Shown piece by piece: positions 38,716-52,274 of a DNA stretch of 64,000 nt; the stretch's first letter is position 1; every line of letters starts with the position of its first letter. The stretch lies in assembly GCA_964057225.1 (NCBI GenBank), contig OZ059894.1:7688001-7752000 (forward strand), given 5' to 3'. The DNA is from Auanema rhodensis. Its lineage: Eukaryota; Animalia; Nematoda. Both the position numbers and the translations under genes were made by a program. Under the pieces are notes generated by a model. That model did no database searches. It was not told where the DNA came from and saw only the letters and a list, made by a program, of their open reading frames with translations.

Positions 38716-41700
38716 TTACTTCTTACCGACGCGTGTTCTTTTATTAACTCGCTTATTATTATTATTATTATTAATGATTGTTTTTCGGATAGGTGAAAGA
38801 ATAAAAACTCCTGGAGAATTCTGAACGCAAGCTCCACACGTTTTTGGACATTTGCTCCTAATAGAAGGTGAAGCGCATCTGTTGGCGACCTGGCCGCAAG
38901 GAACACGTCGAAAAGCAAACTGAGCATCAACGCAATCTGAACGCTTTCTTACGTCCGTGCATACTCCACATGTTTTTGGACATTTGCTCCTAATAGAAAT
39001 TGAAGCGCATCTGTTGGCGGCCCGAGGGCAGGAAACACGTCCAAAAGCAAATTGAGCATCAACGCAATCTGGACGCTTTCTTACGTCCGTGCATACTCCA
39101 CATGTTTTTGGACATTTGCTCCTAATAGAAGGTGAAGCGCATCTGTTGGCGACCTGCCCGCAAGGAACACGTCGAAAAGCAAACTGAGCATCAACGCAAT
39201 CTGGACGCTTTCTTACGTCCGTGCATACTCCACATGTTTTTGGACATTTGCTCCTAATAGAAGGTGAAGCGCATCTGTTGGCGACTTGCCCGCAAGGAAC
39301 ACGTGCAAAAGCAAATTGAGCATCAACGCAATCTGGACGCTTTTTTACGTCCGTGCATACTCCACACGTTTTTGGACATTTGCTCCTAATAGAAGGTGAA
39401 GCGCATCTGTTGGCGACCTGCCCGCAAGGAACACGTGCAAAAGCAAATTGAGCATCAACGCAATCTGGACGCTTTTTTACGTCCGTGCATACTCCACACG
39501 TTTTTGGACATTTGCTCCTAATAGAAGGTGAAGCGCATCTGTTGGCGACCTGCCCGCAAGGAACACGTGCAAAAGCAAACTGGGCATCCTCACATTTAGG
39601 TGTTGGATTATTGGATTCCGTACATAGTCCACAAGTAGCTGGACAAAGTTTCTTTATTCTTTCACCAGATCTGAAAGTTATTGAATAAAAATGTATAATT
39701 TATAAGGATAATTCACGTTCTATGATTGCAAAGTGATTTGTACCGAAGGCAAGCGCTAGTTCCATTACGCAAGGGTCTCAAAGTATCAACACATTCTGAA
39801 ATGAAAAAGTTATAATCTGAACTAAAATAATAAGAATATACCGTTTTGAGAAGTTGGTTCATTTGATTTGCAATATCCACAAGTTCTTGCACATTTTTCT
39901 TTCATTAGTTTGATATACCTTGAAAATATTGAAACATCTCAGAATTGTGATATCAAACATACCCAGTTTTGTGGCATAACCGTTTCATGTTCCCACATCT
40001 ATTGTACGAATCGACACACTCTTCTGATATAGATCCGAATTTACACCGTTTCACTAATTTTAGGCTTACTTGATTTATTTTTATCGTTATCTTTGAACAA
40101 GCCATCTCCCGAGGGCTTCTTTGTCGTTGTTTTTGAAGGCCTAGAAGAAGTAGTTTTCACCAATAATGATGTGGTTAATTCAACAGTAGGCCGCGTTGTA
40201 GTTTCACTCTCTGCTTTGACTGTTGTCACCTGAATTACAAGATTAAGAATAATCAATTACGCTACGCGGTCTAAAAACCTCCTTGAATATTTTCTCAGTG
40301 GTCCTTTTAGCTTCATCATTATTTTCTTCGTCTTCAGAAAAGTTATCCTAAATATAATTTGAAAACGATTTGAAACGTGTTTAAAACTTGAGAAACCTTA
40401 TCAACTGTCATCTTTTCAGTGGTAGATGCTCTCAGAGTAGTGAATTTCTTATTTGGCTCCGTTGTGTCTTCTTGATTACTGGTTAATGTAGTGGTTTCAG
40501 GCTTCATGGCATCGTCGTCCACAGATTCCTCAACAGCGTCTTCTTGGTTACTGGTGAATGTAGTAGTTTCAGGCTTCGTGGCATCATCATCCACAGATTT
40601 CTCAATAGCGTCTTCTTGATTATTGGTTAATGTAGTAGTTTCAGGCTTCATGGCATCGTCGTCCACAGATTCCTCAACAGCGTCTTCTTGGTTACTGGTG
40701 AATGTAGTAGTTTCAGGCTTCGTGGCATCATCATCCACAGATTTCTCAATAGCGTCTTCTTGATTATTGGTTAATGTAGTAGTTTCAGGCTTCATGGCAT
40801 CGTCGTCCACAGATTCCTCAACAGCGTCTTCTTGATTACTGGTTAATGTAGTAGTTTCAGGCTTCATGGCATCGTCGTCCACAGATTCCTCAACAGCGTC
40901 TTCTTGATTACTGGTTAATGTAGTAGTTTCAGGCTTCGTGGCATCGTCGTCCGCAGATTCCTCAACAGCGTCTTCTTGATTACTGGTGAATGTAGTAGTT
41001 TCAGGCTTCATGGCATCGTCGTCCACAGATTCCTCAACAGCGTCTTCTTGATTACTGGTGAATGTAGTAGTTTCAGGCTTCATGGCATCGTCGTCCACAG
41101 ATTCCTCAACAGCGTCTTCTTGATTACTGGCTAATGTAGTAGTTTCAGGCTTCGTGGCATCATCATCCACAGATTCCTCAATAGCGTCTTCTTGATTACT
41201 GGTTAGTGTAGTAGTTTCAGGCTTCATCGCATCGTCGTCCACAGATTCCTCAATAGCGTCTTCTTGATTACTGGTTAATGTAGTAGTTTCAGGCTTCATG
41301 GCATCGTCGTCCACAGATTCCTCAACAGCGTCTTCTTGATTACTGGTTAATGTAGTAGTTTCAGGCTTTGTGGCATCGTCGTCCGCAGATTCCTCAACAG
41401 CGTCTTCTTGATTACTGGTTAATGTAGTAGTTTCAGGCTTCATGGCATCGTCGTCCACAGATTCCTCAACAGCGTCTTCTTGATTACTGGTTAAAGTAGT
41501 AGTTTCAGGCTTCATGGCATCGTCGTCTACAGATTCCTCAACAGCGTCTTCTTTATTACTGGTTAGTGTAGTAGTTTCAGGCTTCATGGCATCGTCGTCC
41601 ACAGATTCTTCAACAGCGTCTTCTTGATTACTGGTTAATGTAGTAGTTTCAGGCTTTGTGGCATCGTCCTCCACAGATTCCTCAACAGCGTCTTCTTGAT

Positions 41701-43676
41701 TACTGGTTAATGTAGTAGTTTCAGGCTTCATGGCATCGTCGTCCACAGATTCCTCAACAGCGTCTTCTTGATTACTGGTTAAAGTAGTAGTTTCAGGCTT
41801 CATGGCATCGTCGTCTACAGATTCCTCAACAGCGTCTTCTTGATTACTGGTTAAAGTAGTAGTTTCAGGCTTCATGGCATCGTCGTCTACAGATTCCTCA
41901 ACAGCGTCTTCTTGATTACTGGTTAATGTAGTAGTTTCAGGCTTCATGGCATCGTCGTCCACAGATTCCTCAACAGCGTCTTCTTGATTACTGGTTAGTG
42001 TAGTAGTTTCAGGCTTCATGGCATCGTCGTCCACAGATTCCTCAATAGCGTCTTCTTGATTACTGGTTAATGTAGTAGTTTCAGGCTTCATGGCATCGTC
42101 GTCCACAGATTCCTCAACAGCGTCTTCTTGATTACTGGTTAATGTAGTAGTTTCAGGCTTTGTGGCATCGTCGTCCGCAGATTCCTCAACAGCGTCTTCT
42201 TGATTACTGGTTAAAGTAGTAGTTTCAGGCTTCGTGGCATCATCATTCACAGATTCCTCAACAGCGTCTTCTTGATTACTGGTTAAAGTAGTAGTTTCAG
42301 GCTTCATGGCATCGTCGTCCACAGATTCCTCAACAGCGTCTTCTTGATTACTGGTTAAAGTAGTAGTTTCAGGCTTCGTGGCATCATCATCGACAGATTC
42401 CTCAACAGCGTCTTCTTGATTACTGGTGAATGTAGTAGTTTCAGGCTTCATGGCATCGTCATCCACAGATTCCTCAACAGCGTCCTCTTGATTACTGGTT
42501 AATGTAGTAGTTTCAGGCTTCATGGCATCGTCGTCCACAGATTCCTCAACAGCGTCTTCATGATTACTGGTTAAAGTACTAGTTTCAGGCTTCATGGCAT
42601 CGTCGTCCACAGATTCCTCAACAGCGTCTTCTTGATTACTGTTGAATGTAGTAGTTTCAGGCTTCGTGGCATCATCATCCACAGATTCCTCAACAGCGTC
42701 TTCTTGATTACTGGTTAAAGTACTAGTTTCAGGCTTCATGGCATCGTCATCCACAGATTCCTCAACAGCGTCCTCTTGATTACTGGTTAGTGTAGTAGTT
42801 TCAGGCTTTATGGCACCGTCGTCCACAGATTCCTCAACAGCGTCTTCTTGATTACTGGTTAATGTAGTAGTTTCAGGCTTCATGGCATCGTCGTCCACAG
42901 ATTCCTCAACAGCGTCTTCTTGATTACTGGTGAATGTAGTAGTTTCAGGCTTCGTGGCATCATCATCCACAGATTCCTCAACAGCGTCCTCTTGATTACT
43001 GATTAATGTAGTAGCTGCCCGCTTGACGATTGCATATTCTTCAGGGTTATCAACAAAATCTTTTTCAAAGTTATCATCGATGATGGTTCCTGGTTTCTGA
43101 TCGTCATCATCCACAGATTCCTCAACAGCGTCTTCTGGATTACTGGTTAAAGTAGTAGTTTCAGGCTTCATGGCATCATCATCGAGAGATTTTTCGTCAG
43201 CATCTTCCTTTTTGCTAAAAACTGTGGTAAGTTCAGTTTTTATAGAGTCATGTTCGGCAGAATTTTCTATCGCATCTTCACGATTGACATTTGTTATATT
43301 TTTAGTAATGGTGTTCTGGTCATTTTCCTGTGATGATTCCTTATCGAGATCAATCTTTTTATTGTCTCGAGACTCGTCTTTGAGCTGTGTAATAGTGGAA
43401 TCACTATTTGAGTTTGAACTTATCTCAATAAGGACATCATCTAACTTCATGGAGGTATGACGGTATTTGATGGAAGCTGGAAGATTATCCAAAGTAAACC
43501 CGACAGTTTGTTTTAAATCCGACTCTTCATTGGAAAACAGTTGAGATGAATCCAAATTTATTTGCTAAAAATAATATAAACTAGAAAATGAAGCTTATAA
43601 GCATGGAAACCTGTGAAGTAGCTAGAGCAATCTGAGAGATTATCAGAGATAAGATGTATGAGCCGAGACGAGCCAT
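38716..43676 (-). CDS. Large secreted acidic mucin-like protein with ~35 x 24-aa repeats and 8 C-terminal ShKT (SXC) domains
   Basis: Signal peptide MARLGSYILSLIISQIALA; ~3.2-kb exon with (KPETTTLTSNQEDAVEESVDDDAM)n; two divergent ShKT domains (CVDSYNRC...KCARTCGYC; CVD...LCPATCGLC), then six near-identical ShKT units (CVDAQFAFARVPCGQVANRCASPSIRSKCPKTCGVC). The 3' end could instead splice at a GTAAGA donor near 38725. Confidence 0.92.
38830..39595 (-). repeat. Coding tandem repeat, 132-bp unit x6 (44-aa ShKT plus linker)
   Basis: Unit recurs at 39481, 39349, 39217, 39085, 38953 and (3'-diverged) 38821; period 132. Confidence 0.96.
40465..43185 (-). repeat. Coding minisatellite, 72-bp unit, ~35 regular copies plus one or two degenerate copies
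   Basis: Period 72 (for example 40801 vs 40873); open frame throughout with no visible indels. Confidence 0.97.
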
Positions 43677-44189
43677 AATCAGATGGGATGTGCAAGATAC
43701 CTCAATCCACCCTTATATAGTCAATTGATTGCAGCTGTTTATTAGCTACGAATTCGGTGTACCCTGGTGGAATCAAGCTTGTAGGTGAGAACAACCTGAT
43801 CAAATAAGCTAATAACTTATGGCCTAATTCGAGACAATAGACTGTAAACATTTACTTGTAGTTCTTGTTTATGTTTTGAAAAACTTTTCGAGGTCAGCAC
43901 AACAAAATTCATTGAGATAATTAAGTATTTATTTATTATTACATACAATATTCAACTAACTCATATACATTACGGATAAATGATATAACATGTCATAACA
44001 ATACAAAACCCGTGACGATTGACAAAAAGAATCTTAATAATGAGATATTTGATTACATCCTGAATCCGAGTGAATGATAGATAACGTATAGTTGTTGAAA
44101 AGCAGCAATTTCTTCATGAAATTTCGGTATTCTATCAAAAATCGTTTAATTTATTCTTTTTCTTCCTGTTAATTTCGTTAATACGTAAT

Positions 44190-47100
44190 CTATTGAATCG
44201 TTGCAAAACGTAATAGTTTTCGTCGAGAGCTTGTTCTGTGGGAACCATCTGAAATAAATCCAATTATAATTCTTTATTTTTTTGAAGATATAAAATCTTT
44301 TTCACTTTCATCAGTAATTGATATATCAAAATAGAATTGAATTTTGCTTAACTGATGCTTACCTCTGTCAATAATATCTAAATCATCTCCCAGCTCTCCA
44401 GCTGCATCTCCTTGATCTCCATCACTTGATATTGCTTCCTGCAAAGCTTATAATTACGTCATCACATGTGTATACGTGTAAATCACGTCATACACTTCAT
44501 TTTATGTTATATTGGCATACTGAACGGTTGTGCATGCATTGAAAAACAAAATTATACTAACCCGAACATCATTAGCAGATCCATGAGTATGTGCATTAGC
44601 AAATTGATTTCTTATTGCTTTCGTCTTCTTTATAAACATTCCAAGACGAGCTTCTCTTCTATTTCGTCGAGCTTAAAAATTGTTTATAAATACCAGCTTC
44701 TTCAGATTTTTCAATTACCTTCAGCTTCATCTGGAAGAATTGATAATTCCAAAGCTTTTTGTGCAACCATTGCTGTTGTTAAAGCAACACCATTGACCTT
44801 AAAAGAACAAAATATAAATTAAATTTAGTTTTACTTCATTACCTTCTTTCTTTTTTCTAATCCGAGCCAATGTTTTATAATAGCTCTATACTTGCTACTA
44901 AAAATTAAATAGACAAACATAGATGACGATGAGTTAAGTGAAATAAGGATGTTACTAAGTTCGACTGAAAAATCGAATGTGTCTTGGCTGCTATTGGCTG
45001 TGTACGATTCCTGAAAAGCAGCAACGTTTGATCTTGAAACATCTTTATCTATGTTACGTACCGTACTATTACCATCCATTGGCTGATATTCAACTGCAGT
45101 GGCATCACGTACTATTTCATAGATATTGTTACAGAATGCTAGACAGTTGCAACAAAGAAATATTGCAACGATAGCCAAAAGCATCAATGTAACGCTACGG
45201 TCTCGAACTGAATTTCCATTCGTTTTCAGAAGGGATGGATTGCGTAAAGGACTGAAATAATTGCTCTAAAGTACCCTCGATGTGTTAATGACAAACTTGA
45301 AATTCAGTTTACTGAATTTTCCAAAAAGTTCGGAATACTTGGCGTTACGTAAAAGACGAAAATTATGCATTAGACGGCTGTAAAATTTTGTTTCAATTCG
45401 CGAGTACTGTGCAAAATGTGCCGAATGCATCACCATTTGTGCTACAGTTGGTGGTATAGTTGCGAATTAGGGAAAGAAATTTGGCTTCAAAACATTTTAA
45501 CTATTTCAAGCATAGTGTGCAATCCGTAGTTGCAATTTTGAGTTTGTGCTTTATTAGTTAGATTTGCGGCTTAATTTGAATTTTGTTCTTTTTAGTATTT
45601 TCAGAGTGTTCGAGAACTCTGATCTCTGTCAACTAAATTCAATTCAATAAAGAGATTTTTTTTAAGGTTTTTGCTGGTAAAGTATGTCTTAGTGCACTTT
45701 TTCTTTTTCAAACTGAATTAGAGGGAGATATAGATAGTGTAAGAGGAACTGAAGAAGAAGATAAAGAAGTATAAGTAGAAAACTAGTTATTAGAGATGAA
45801 AAGGATATAGACGAAAGAAACATTTGTGAAAAGTGTTGCAATGTGTTAAAGATAGTTGTAAGTATATGAGGAAAAACAATAGGATAGCGTTTAAAGAGCA
45901 GAAAACAGCTTGAAACTCACGATTGGTTCGTTTTTCTGGAAGAATGCAAATTTCGCATTCTCGTGCTTTCCTTCAGAGCCACAATAATTCTCCAGTTTAC
46001 GATAATCAGGGCAATGAAAGGAATTACAAACATAACCAAAGTATAGAGAATACATCGTGTTATCACATTATATATATGATTTGTCTTGAGATCCGTCAAT
46101 CGGATAGTTCTAAATTAAATAAATAAAACATAAAAAAAATAAATATTTTCTTAAAAAAAACCAAGAAAACAACGTGAAGTTACGAACTTTATAGTCTGTT
46201 GGAACTCTTTGGAATAACATTCACTTGTGCTTAGTTCAAGCCAAGTGTGTAGGTTAATCAAAATACTGAAGACTATGGATCCTGAAAAGAAAAGTTTTTT
46301 ATTTATCAATCGCTCTTTTGTCTACTTTATATTCTAATTGTGAATATTTTTGAAATTAAAACGTTTCTTTTTAAGAGCTTATTTTGATAATTCTTACCGA
46401 TTATGGCACATTTTACTGGCTTTCCGCTGACCCATCGTTTGGCACGAAATGGATGACAAACCCCCAAATATCTAAAATAAAATTATTATATAAGTAGAAA
46501 ATATATTTTTTGTATTTATAAGATGAATAACAAAGGATTTTTTTACGCTTCTCATTTCTGAGGCTAAAAAAAGATTGGAAGAAAATAATTTGTTGAGAGT
46601 GAGATAGTGAGGAAATTGAAGAGAAATGAATTACCTATGAACAGAGACAAGAACCGTTAGATATACTCCGCATGTTTGAGTACTAAGACCAATTGGAAAT
46701 GAATACCTAGGAAAATTTTATAATAAAAAAATCTTATTTTTAGATAAAAAATACCAAAGAATATTTGGATAAGTATCATGCAAAGCCACAGAATCGCTCA
46801 TAGATGCAATAACCGGAAATGTTAACATGAAGAAGTTGCAAATTAACAATAATAAATCTGATATGGATAAAACCTGGAAAGAGATCTCTAAAACAATTTA
46901 ATTTTTTAAAATAAGAAATTTGTTTGAAAAACAAGCTCATATGACATGACTTTGTAGCCGGCTCCTTGAGCTGGCTCAAAGCTTAAGCTTCATACATTTT
47001 TTAAAAATAAAAACGGATATACTAATTCGATGTATTCACGAACTTTACTCTTTATACTTTAATGTAAAAATTAAACCTACGAGTAAAAAATGGTTGACAA

Positions 47101-47266
47101 GACTGCATCTCATTTCTGGATCAATAAAGACAATAATATTTATTGTGTTTGTGATCATTCCTAAAATTGCAATTGGCATTCCGCCGAAAAGCCGAGCTGT
47201 TTTCTGAATATCATTGAAAATAGAAGGCTCACAGATTGGTAGTATAGGAGGTCCCGTTGTTGTCAT
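44190..47266 (-). CDS. Class A neuropeptide GPCR, FMRFamide-peptide-receptor (FRPR)-like
   Basis: TM1 GMPIAILGMITNTINIIVF, TM2 FLLVLSISDL, TM3 QTCGVYLTVLVSVHRYLGVCHPF (HRY in place of DRY), TM5 LYTLVMFVIPFIALIIVNWRII, TM6 RDRSVTLMLLAIVAIFLCCN, TM7 LISLNSSSSMFVYLIFSSKYR; spliced C-tail ends LRFATIQ*. Additional 5' exons are possible. Confidence 0.92.
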
Positions 47267-50200
47267 TGGAAAGGACAAACTGCAAAAAAAAACGAGTTAA
47301 ATAAGAAGAAAAGATTTAAAAATTGAAGTATAAAAAATCAAATACGAATGAAAAAAGCTTATTATCAATTACAAATCTTTCACATATGTCATAGTAGAGT
47401 GATTGCTGTTAACGACGACATAGATGAGCTCTTCGAAGTACTAACTCGTCACGGATAGACGAAGATTGAAATGACGAAAAAGCACAGGAGATTGATAAAC
47501 GAACAGAAGATTTCAGAAAGAATGAGAGGAATAGAGAAAGACACAGAGGAAGAATGTTGTAGATTACATATAGGAAGAGAAACCAATGAATACAGGACAC
47601 TTCGAAGATGAAACTTTCATTTGGTGACGACAGCATGTAAATGAGAAAAATTGATTTTAAAGATATATATCATAGTTTTGAAGAACTATTTAGTTGTAGA
47701 GATGAAATAGTTAGTTGATATACATACATGAGAAAGAAAGAGAAGCCAAATTACATACAGAAGTCTGAGATATGTAGATATAGAAAGCTAAGACGAGAAG
47801 ACGAGATGAAACAAATTGAAAAACAATAGAAAGAACAATAATAATAAAGTAAAATTATACATATGTATAACAATACAAATATAAGAAAAGTTTATTAAAA
47901 AATAATTGTTTTAAGCGAAAGAAGCAGAATAAAACGAATTCATTTTCTTTGTTCAATGTAATCTATCATGAAGTTGAGCTTAGTAACATAGATAGGAACA
48001 ATGAAAGCCTATTGAGAGAGGACAATACCCTATTTTAAACATGTTTTTAAACTTCTAAAGTAAGGTATTCAATTTTTTCATTTTTAACATCTATATCAAA
48101 GTTTTTGAGCTTTTGCTATTTTCCTGATTTAGCCAAAGTTTTAATAGAACGTGAACTAAGTATGCATAGATTGACTGCTACTATCCGTTAGATTTCAAAT
48201 ATCATATACATTGAACATGAGAATATTAGACAGATACTAGAAGTCATATTGTGGAATTTGATCCTATTATTCTTTAGAATGTACTAGCAACATTAGCAAT
48301 GACTTGATGTTCATTCAAGTCTTTAATAAAATTTTTGAAAGAAATAGAAAACAGAAAAGCTTAACCTTCGAACAACAGGACTTTAGCGAAATCAAATCAG
48401 GCGTTGAATGAATATTTGAAATGAAAACGATTAGGGGTAACATCTCAAGTACATTAACGATACTCTTTGTTGTTAAAAATGTAAATTAAGGGATTTTTTT
48501 TAAATAAATGGATAAAGCTTTAGCTCCATATATAGTATTACTAACTCTTATATTGAATTTATAGTCTATAAGTCAGGAGTTATCAACAATCTTTTTATGA
48601 TATTTGATGAATTGCTTCCACTATCAATTAAAAAATTACTGAAATATTCATGAAAACAAGATTATGAAGATTGATGTCAGAAACAAAATGCAATTGGTCA
48701 AAACCTAACTTCAAATGACCAGTATAAATATAGAAAACTCTTATTCTCATATGTGTCTGGTTTCTCACTTTGTTTTAGCTTTTACTTGTTCTTTTTACCC
48801 GATTTTTTCGTTTTTCATCGTTGTCCCCGTTTGTGCCGTCCTCTAACATATACATAATTCTATCGGACTAAAGTCGAATAGTATGTATTAGGAATGTGGT
48901 ACAGGTCGTAATATTTGATTAGAATTTATAAAATTACATACTTTTCCGAGAAATTGTTTGGGAAAGAGAAAGAGAAGGATGTAATGGGCAGCTAAATCAA
49001 AGGGCACAAAGAGATATAGAGAGAGGGAGAACTATGCAAGAAAGTAGGAACTTAGTACGAAATTGAAAGAAGATTTCGAAATGAGTTAGAGATGCTATGT
49101 AAAGTGTATGAGGTGAAAAAAAAGAATGAAAGCTAAATGAACAACCGTTCTTATTTGGTGATATTGAGAAAATGAAGTTAAACACATCCAAATTGAATGA
49201 CGTCAACTCGTTTTCATATAATTTAAAATTTAATGATTAAATAGCAGGTGAATGTTGAATATACAGGAAGGAATATGGAAGATAAAGTTCCAAATTGTCC
49301 AATACATATATAAAAATCAAAATGAATTTTTGTGATTACTCTTTTTAGATTTCAACACATAAAATGAAATAAAATTCTTTCACTAAGACAGTCAGTGAGT
49401 AATGTTCGGGTAAGTATTTTGAGAATAAGCTTCTGAAGATGGTACTTCTATAGTGCAATAGCATAGAAATGAACTTCTACTGACCGCGAAAAGTTGCGAA
49501 AATAAAGGAAAAGAAAGACAAGTTCTTATAAAAATTTGCTATTCAATTTCTTTCAACTTAGATGAAAATCAAATGCGGTAAGTATAATTTCAGTTGCTAC
49601 GTTACTTTAAGAAGAGGATGAAGAAATAGCTATGTGATTTGCTAACTTCATGTTCTTATATAGTTAAAATACCAATGAGAAACAACAGGAAGAACAACCA
49701 GCACATACTTAAATATTCATTTCTCGAACTACCCTCATTCAAATATGATTAGAGCACGTATAATTTGGTTCTGTCGTCGGTTAGACGTCTTGAAAAGAAT
49801 TTTTGAATTTTAGTCGCGAATTTGAGAAATTAGAACATGAAAGCTGGTCAAGTATCTGGCAACAACTTTTGGAAAACTTTTGAATATTTATAGATCTTCC
49901 TGGTTAAGTTGTTTCAGTTTGTTCCGGAAACATTGTTATAAGAAGGAAAATGAAAGAACAGAAAGAAACTTTACGAAAAACGGCACAAAACAGGTATAGA
50001 AGAAACATGCAAATGAAAATTATTGGAAAATAAATTATATTTTCATTAGAAGATATCGAAAAAAAGCAAAAAAAAATGGAAGCCTTACGAACAACTGGTT
50101 AAGAATTGATAATGTTTTCGATGTTTCTCCCAAATTTTGATGTCAAAGAAATTAAAATGAAATTCAGTTACGTCAAAATGGTGGTGTGATCATTAGGAGT

Positions 50201-51848
50201 TTAGGACATGTCTTGGAACTAGATTAGAGAAATGAAAAACGATGCTCATGTTCTTGAATATCTCAAAACATTTGAGTGAGATAACCGAGAGGTTAGTGAG
50301 AAACAATATATGTATAGGAAAAACTGGTAAACCAGGAAATAGCACCGAAGAACCTGCAATTTTATAAAAAAGGGAAAACCTTATTCACTCTGGGCTGCTA
50401 CACAAAAATGTGAAGTTTTTCTTTAACAACATGATGCAAAATGAAAAAAAATACTTACAAGTATGAGAAAGCATAATATTTCATACACCATGAGATCAAT
50501 TATAAAACAGAACAAAGAACCGTTAGATTTCTTGCAAGAAAAAAAATTAAAATAAAAGAATAAATAATTTGGTAAGAAGAAAGAGAAAGAAGGAGAAAGA
50601 GAGGAAGATTTTAAGGATCTTAACATCGGTATGTTCAACGAGCATGAAGACAAATTGTAGGCTGTCTTTCAGAGAACATTTCAATACTTTTAAAAAATTC
50701 GCCGAAATATTCTAGCGTTAATCACGAATTAGATTTTTTTATTCTTCTCGAATAAAGGAAATATACAAAGTAATTACTATTGAGATCATTGATCGACGTC
50801 AACGGTGCTTAGTTTCAAATACATGCATCCGTTGTAACTCACTCTTATCATTATTGCTAGTGACAGTCATATATTGGAACAAAAAAAAATATTCTGTGGT
50901 TTATGTTTCGGTGAATTTTATAGGAAATCTTTTGAATATTCAACAAAGGAAATGAAAGGCTTCTGGCCATCCGTAATCGCTTAATGTTTCTTTCGATCCT
51001 TTCTCATTTCCTACTGATTTCACGGACCTTATTCTACTTTCATTTCTAGTCATTTACTTGATTATTCGAAAATCTTTTCTCACACGTATTAAAATTCTAT
51101 TTTCCAACAATTTTTTTATGTCTTCGATTGAAGAATAGAATTATATGAATACTACTTACATGGAACGTGAATTATTGCAAGTTAATTTTTTTGAGAAAAA
51201 GACAAATTCATAATGAGCTAACATACATTTTAAGAAAATTGATTATAAATCGAACTAATAAAGTATTTAATACAGTATTTCTCTTGTATAATTTAATTTG
51301 AATATGATTGAGATGATGATTACTATCATGTTCATCATCATCAAAACTAATTTAAAACAAAGAGATGATGATTGTTAGAACTCTAAACGACACATACAGA
51401 TAAGCTGCATCAAGCAAAATAATAACAAAAAAGTGCCAGAGATTTGCACACTCAATAGGCATTTGGAGAGGCAAAATGTAAGACATATACCCAAACATAT
51501 ATATGATTTTTGAAACCAAAATGTACGGAAATCGACCATCACAATACATGTTTTGAATAAAACAAGCAGTTCTTCAAACAATAAAATAAGCAAACGTTCG
51601 AAGAAGTAGAGCAGGTAGCTTAAATAACGATGCTTAAAGCGAGATGATGAGTGAATGCTATAGGTGAACGTTGAACAGCTAGTGAAACATACATAACAGT
51701 TTTAAGTAATAAGATATCTCAAAAAAAAACTAAATATGAATAAACATGAGAAGATATTGGGAATATTGGTGCAATCTACACCAAAACCAAAAAGCTAGTT
51801 CACGTTTGTTATTGTTTTATAAACATTTTAATAGGATGATGGTTTTAT

Positions 51849-51884
<36 letters not shown>

Positions 51885-52234
51885 CTATATGTATAGTTAT
51901 AGGAAAGCTTAGAGCATTTTATTTCCTTTTTAACCTTTTTTTACTAAGATTAGTATCCTTAGAAATAAAATACAAACATGAATGAGAAACAACAGGATTA
52001 TTATCCTAATTGGAAAAAATAAAAGAAATATTTTGGCAGAAAGATGGCAATGAAAGTTTGTGGGAGAACAACCGCTCATTGGAATCCGCTACGAATAAAT
52101 AAAAAAAGAATTAGATGCTAGGGACGACAACGTGATGTGTAAACTCACGTAGATGAAATATGCTAATTACAAAAAAAATAACGAATTCTGTTGAGGATAG
52201 ATTAGTTCTCCGAAACAAAGAAAAACGAGGATGA

Positions 52235-52274
<40 letters not shown>

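Noticed and set aside
40465-43010. 72-bp and 132-bp periodic arrays as CRISPR-like or satellite DNA
   Set aside because: No unique spacers; unit lengths are multiples of 3 and lie in an open, spliced eukaryotic reading frame.
43170-43460. 96-aa plus-strand ORF, and similar antisense ORFs over the GPCR, TFIIA and mlk-1 genes
   Set aside because: Antisense shadows of real coding exons.
45560-45635. Possible mutually exclusive ICL3 exon (EFSNTLKILKRTKF)
   Set aside because: No acceptor in the required phase 2 gives an open frame with a donor.
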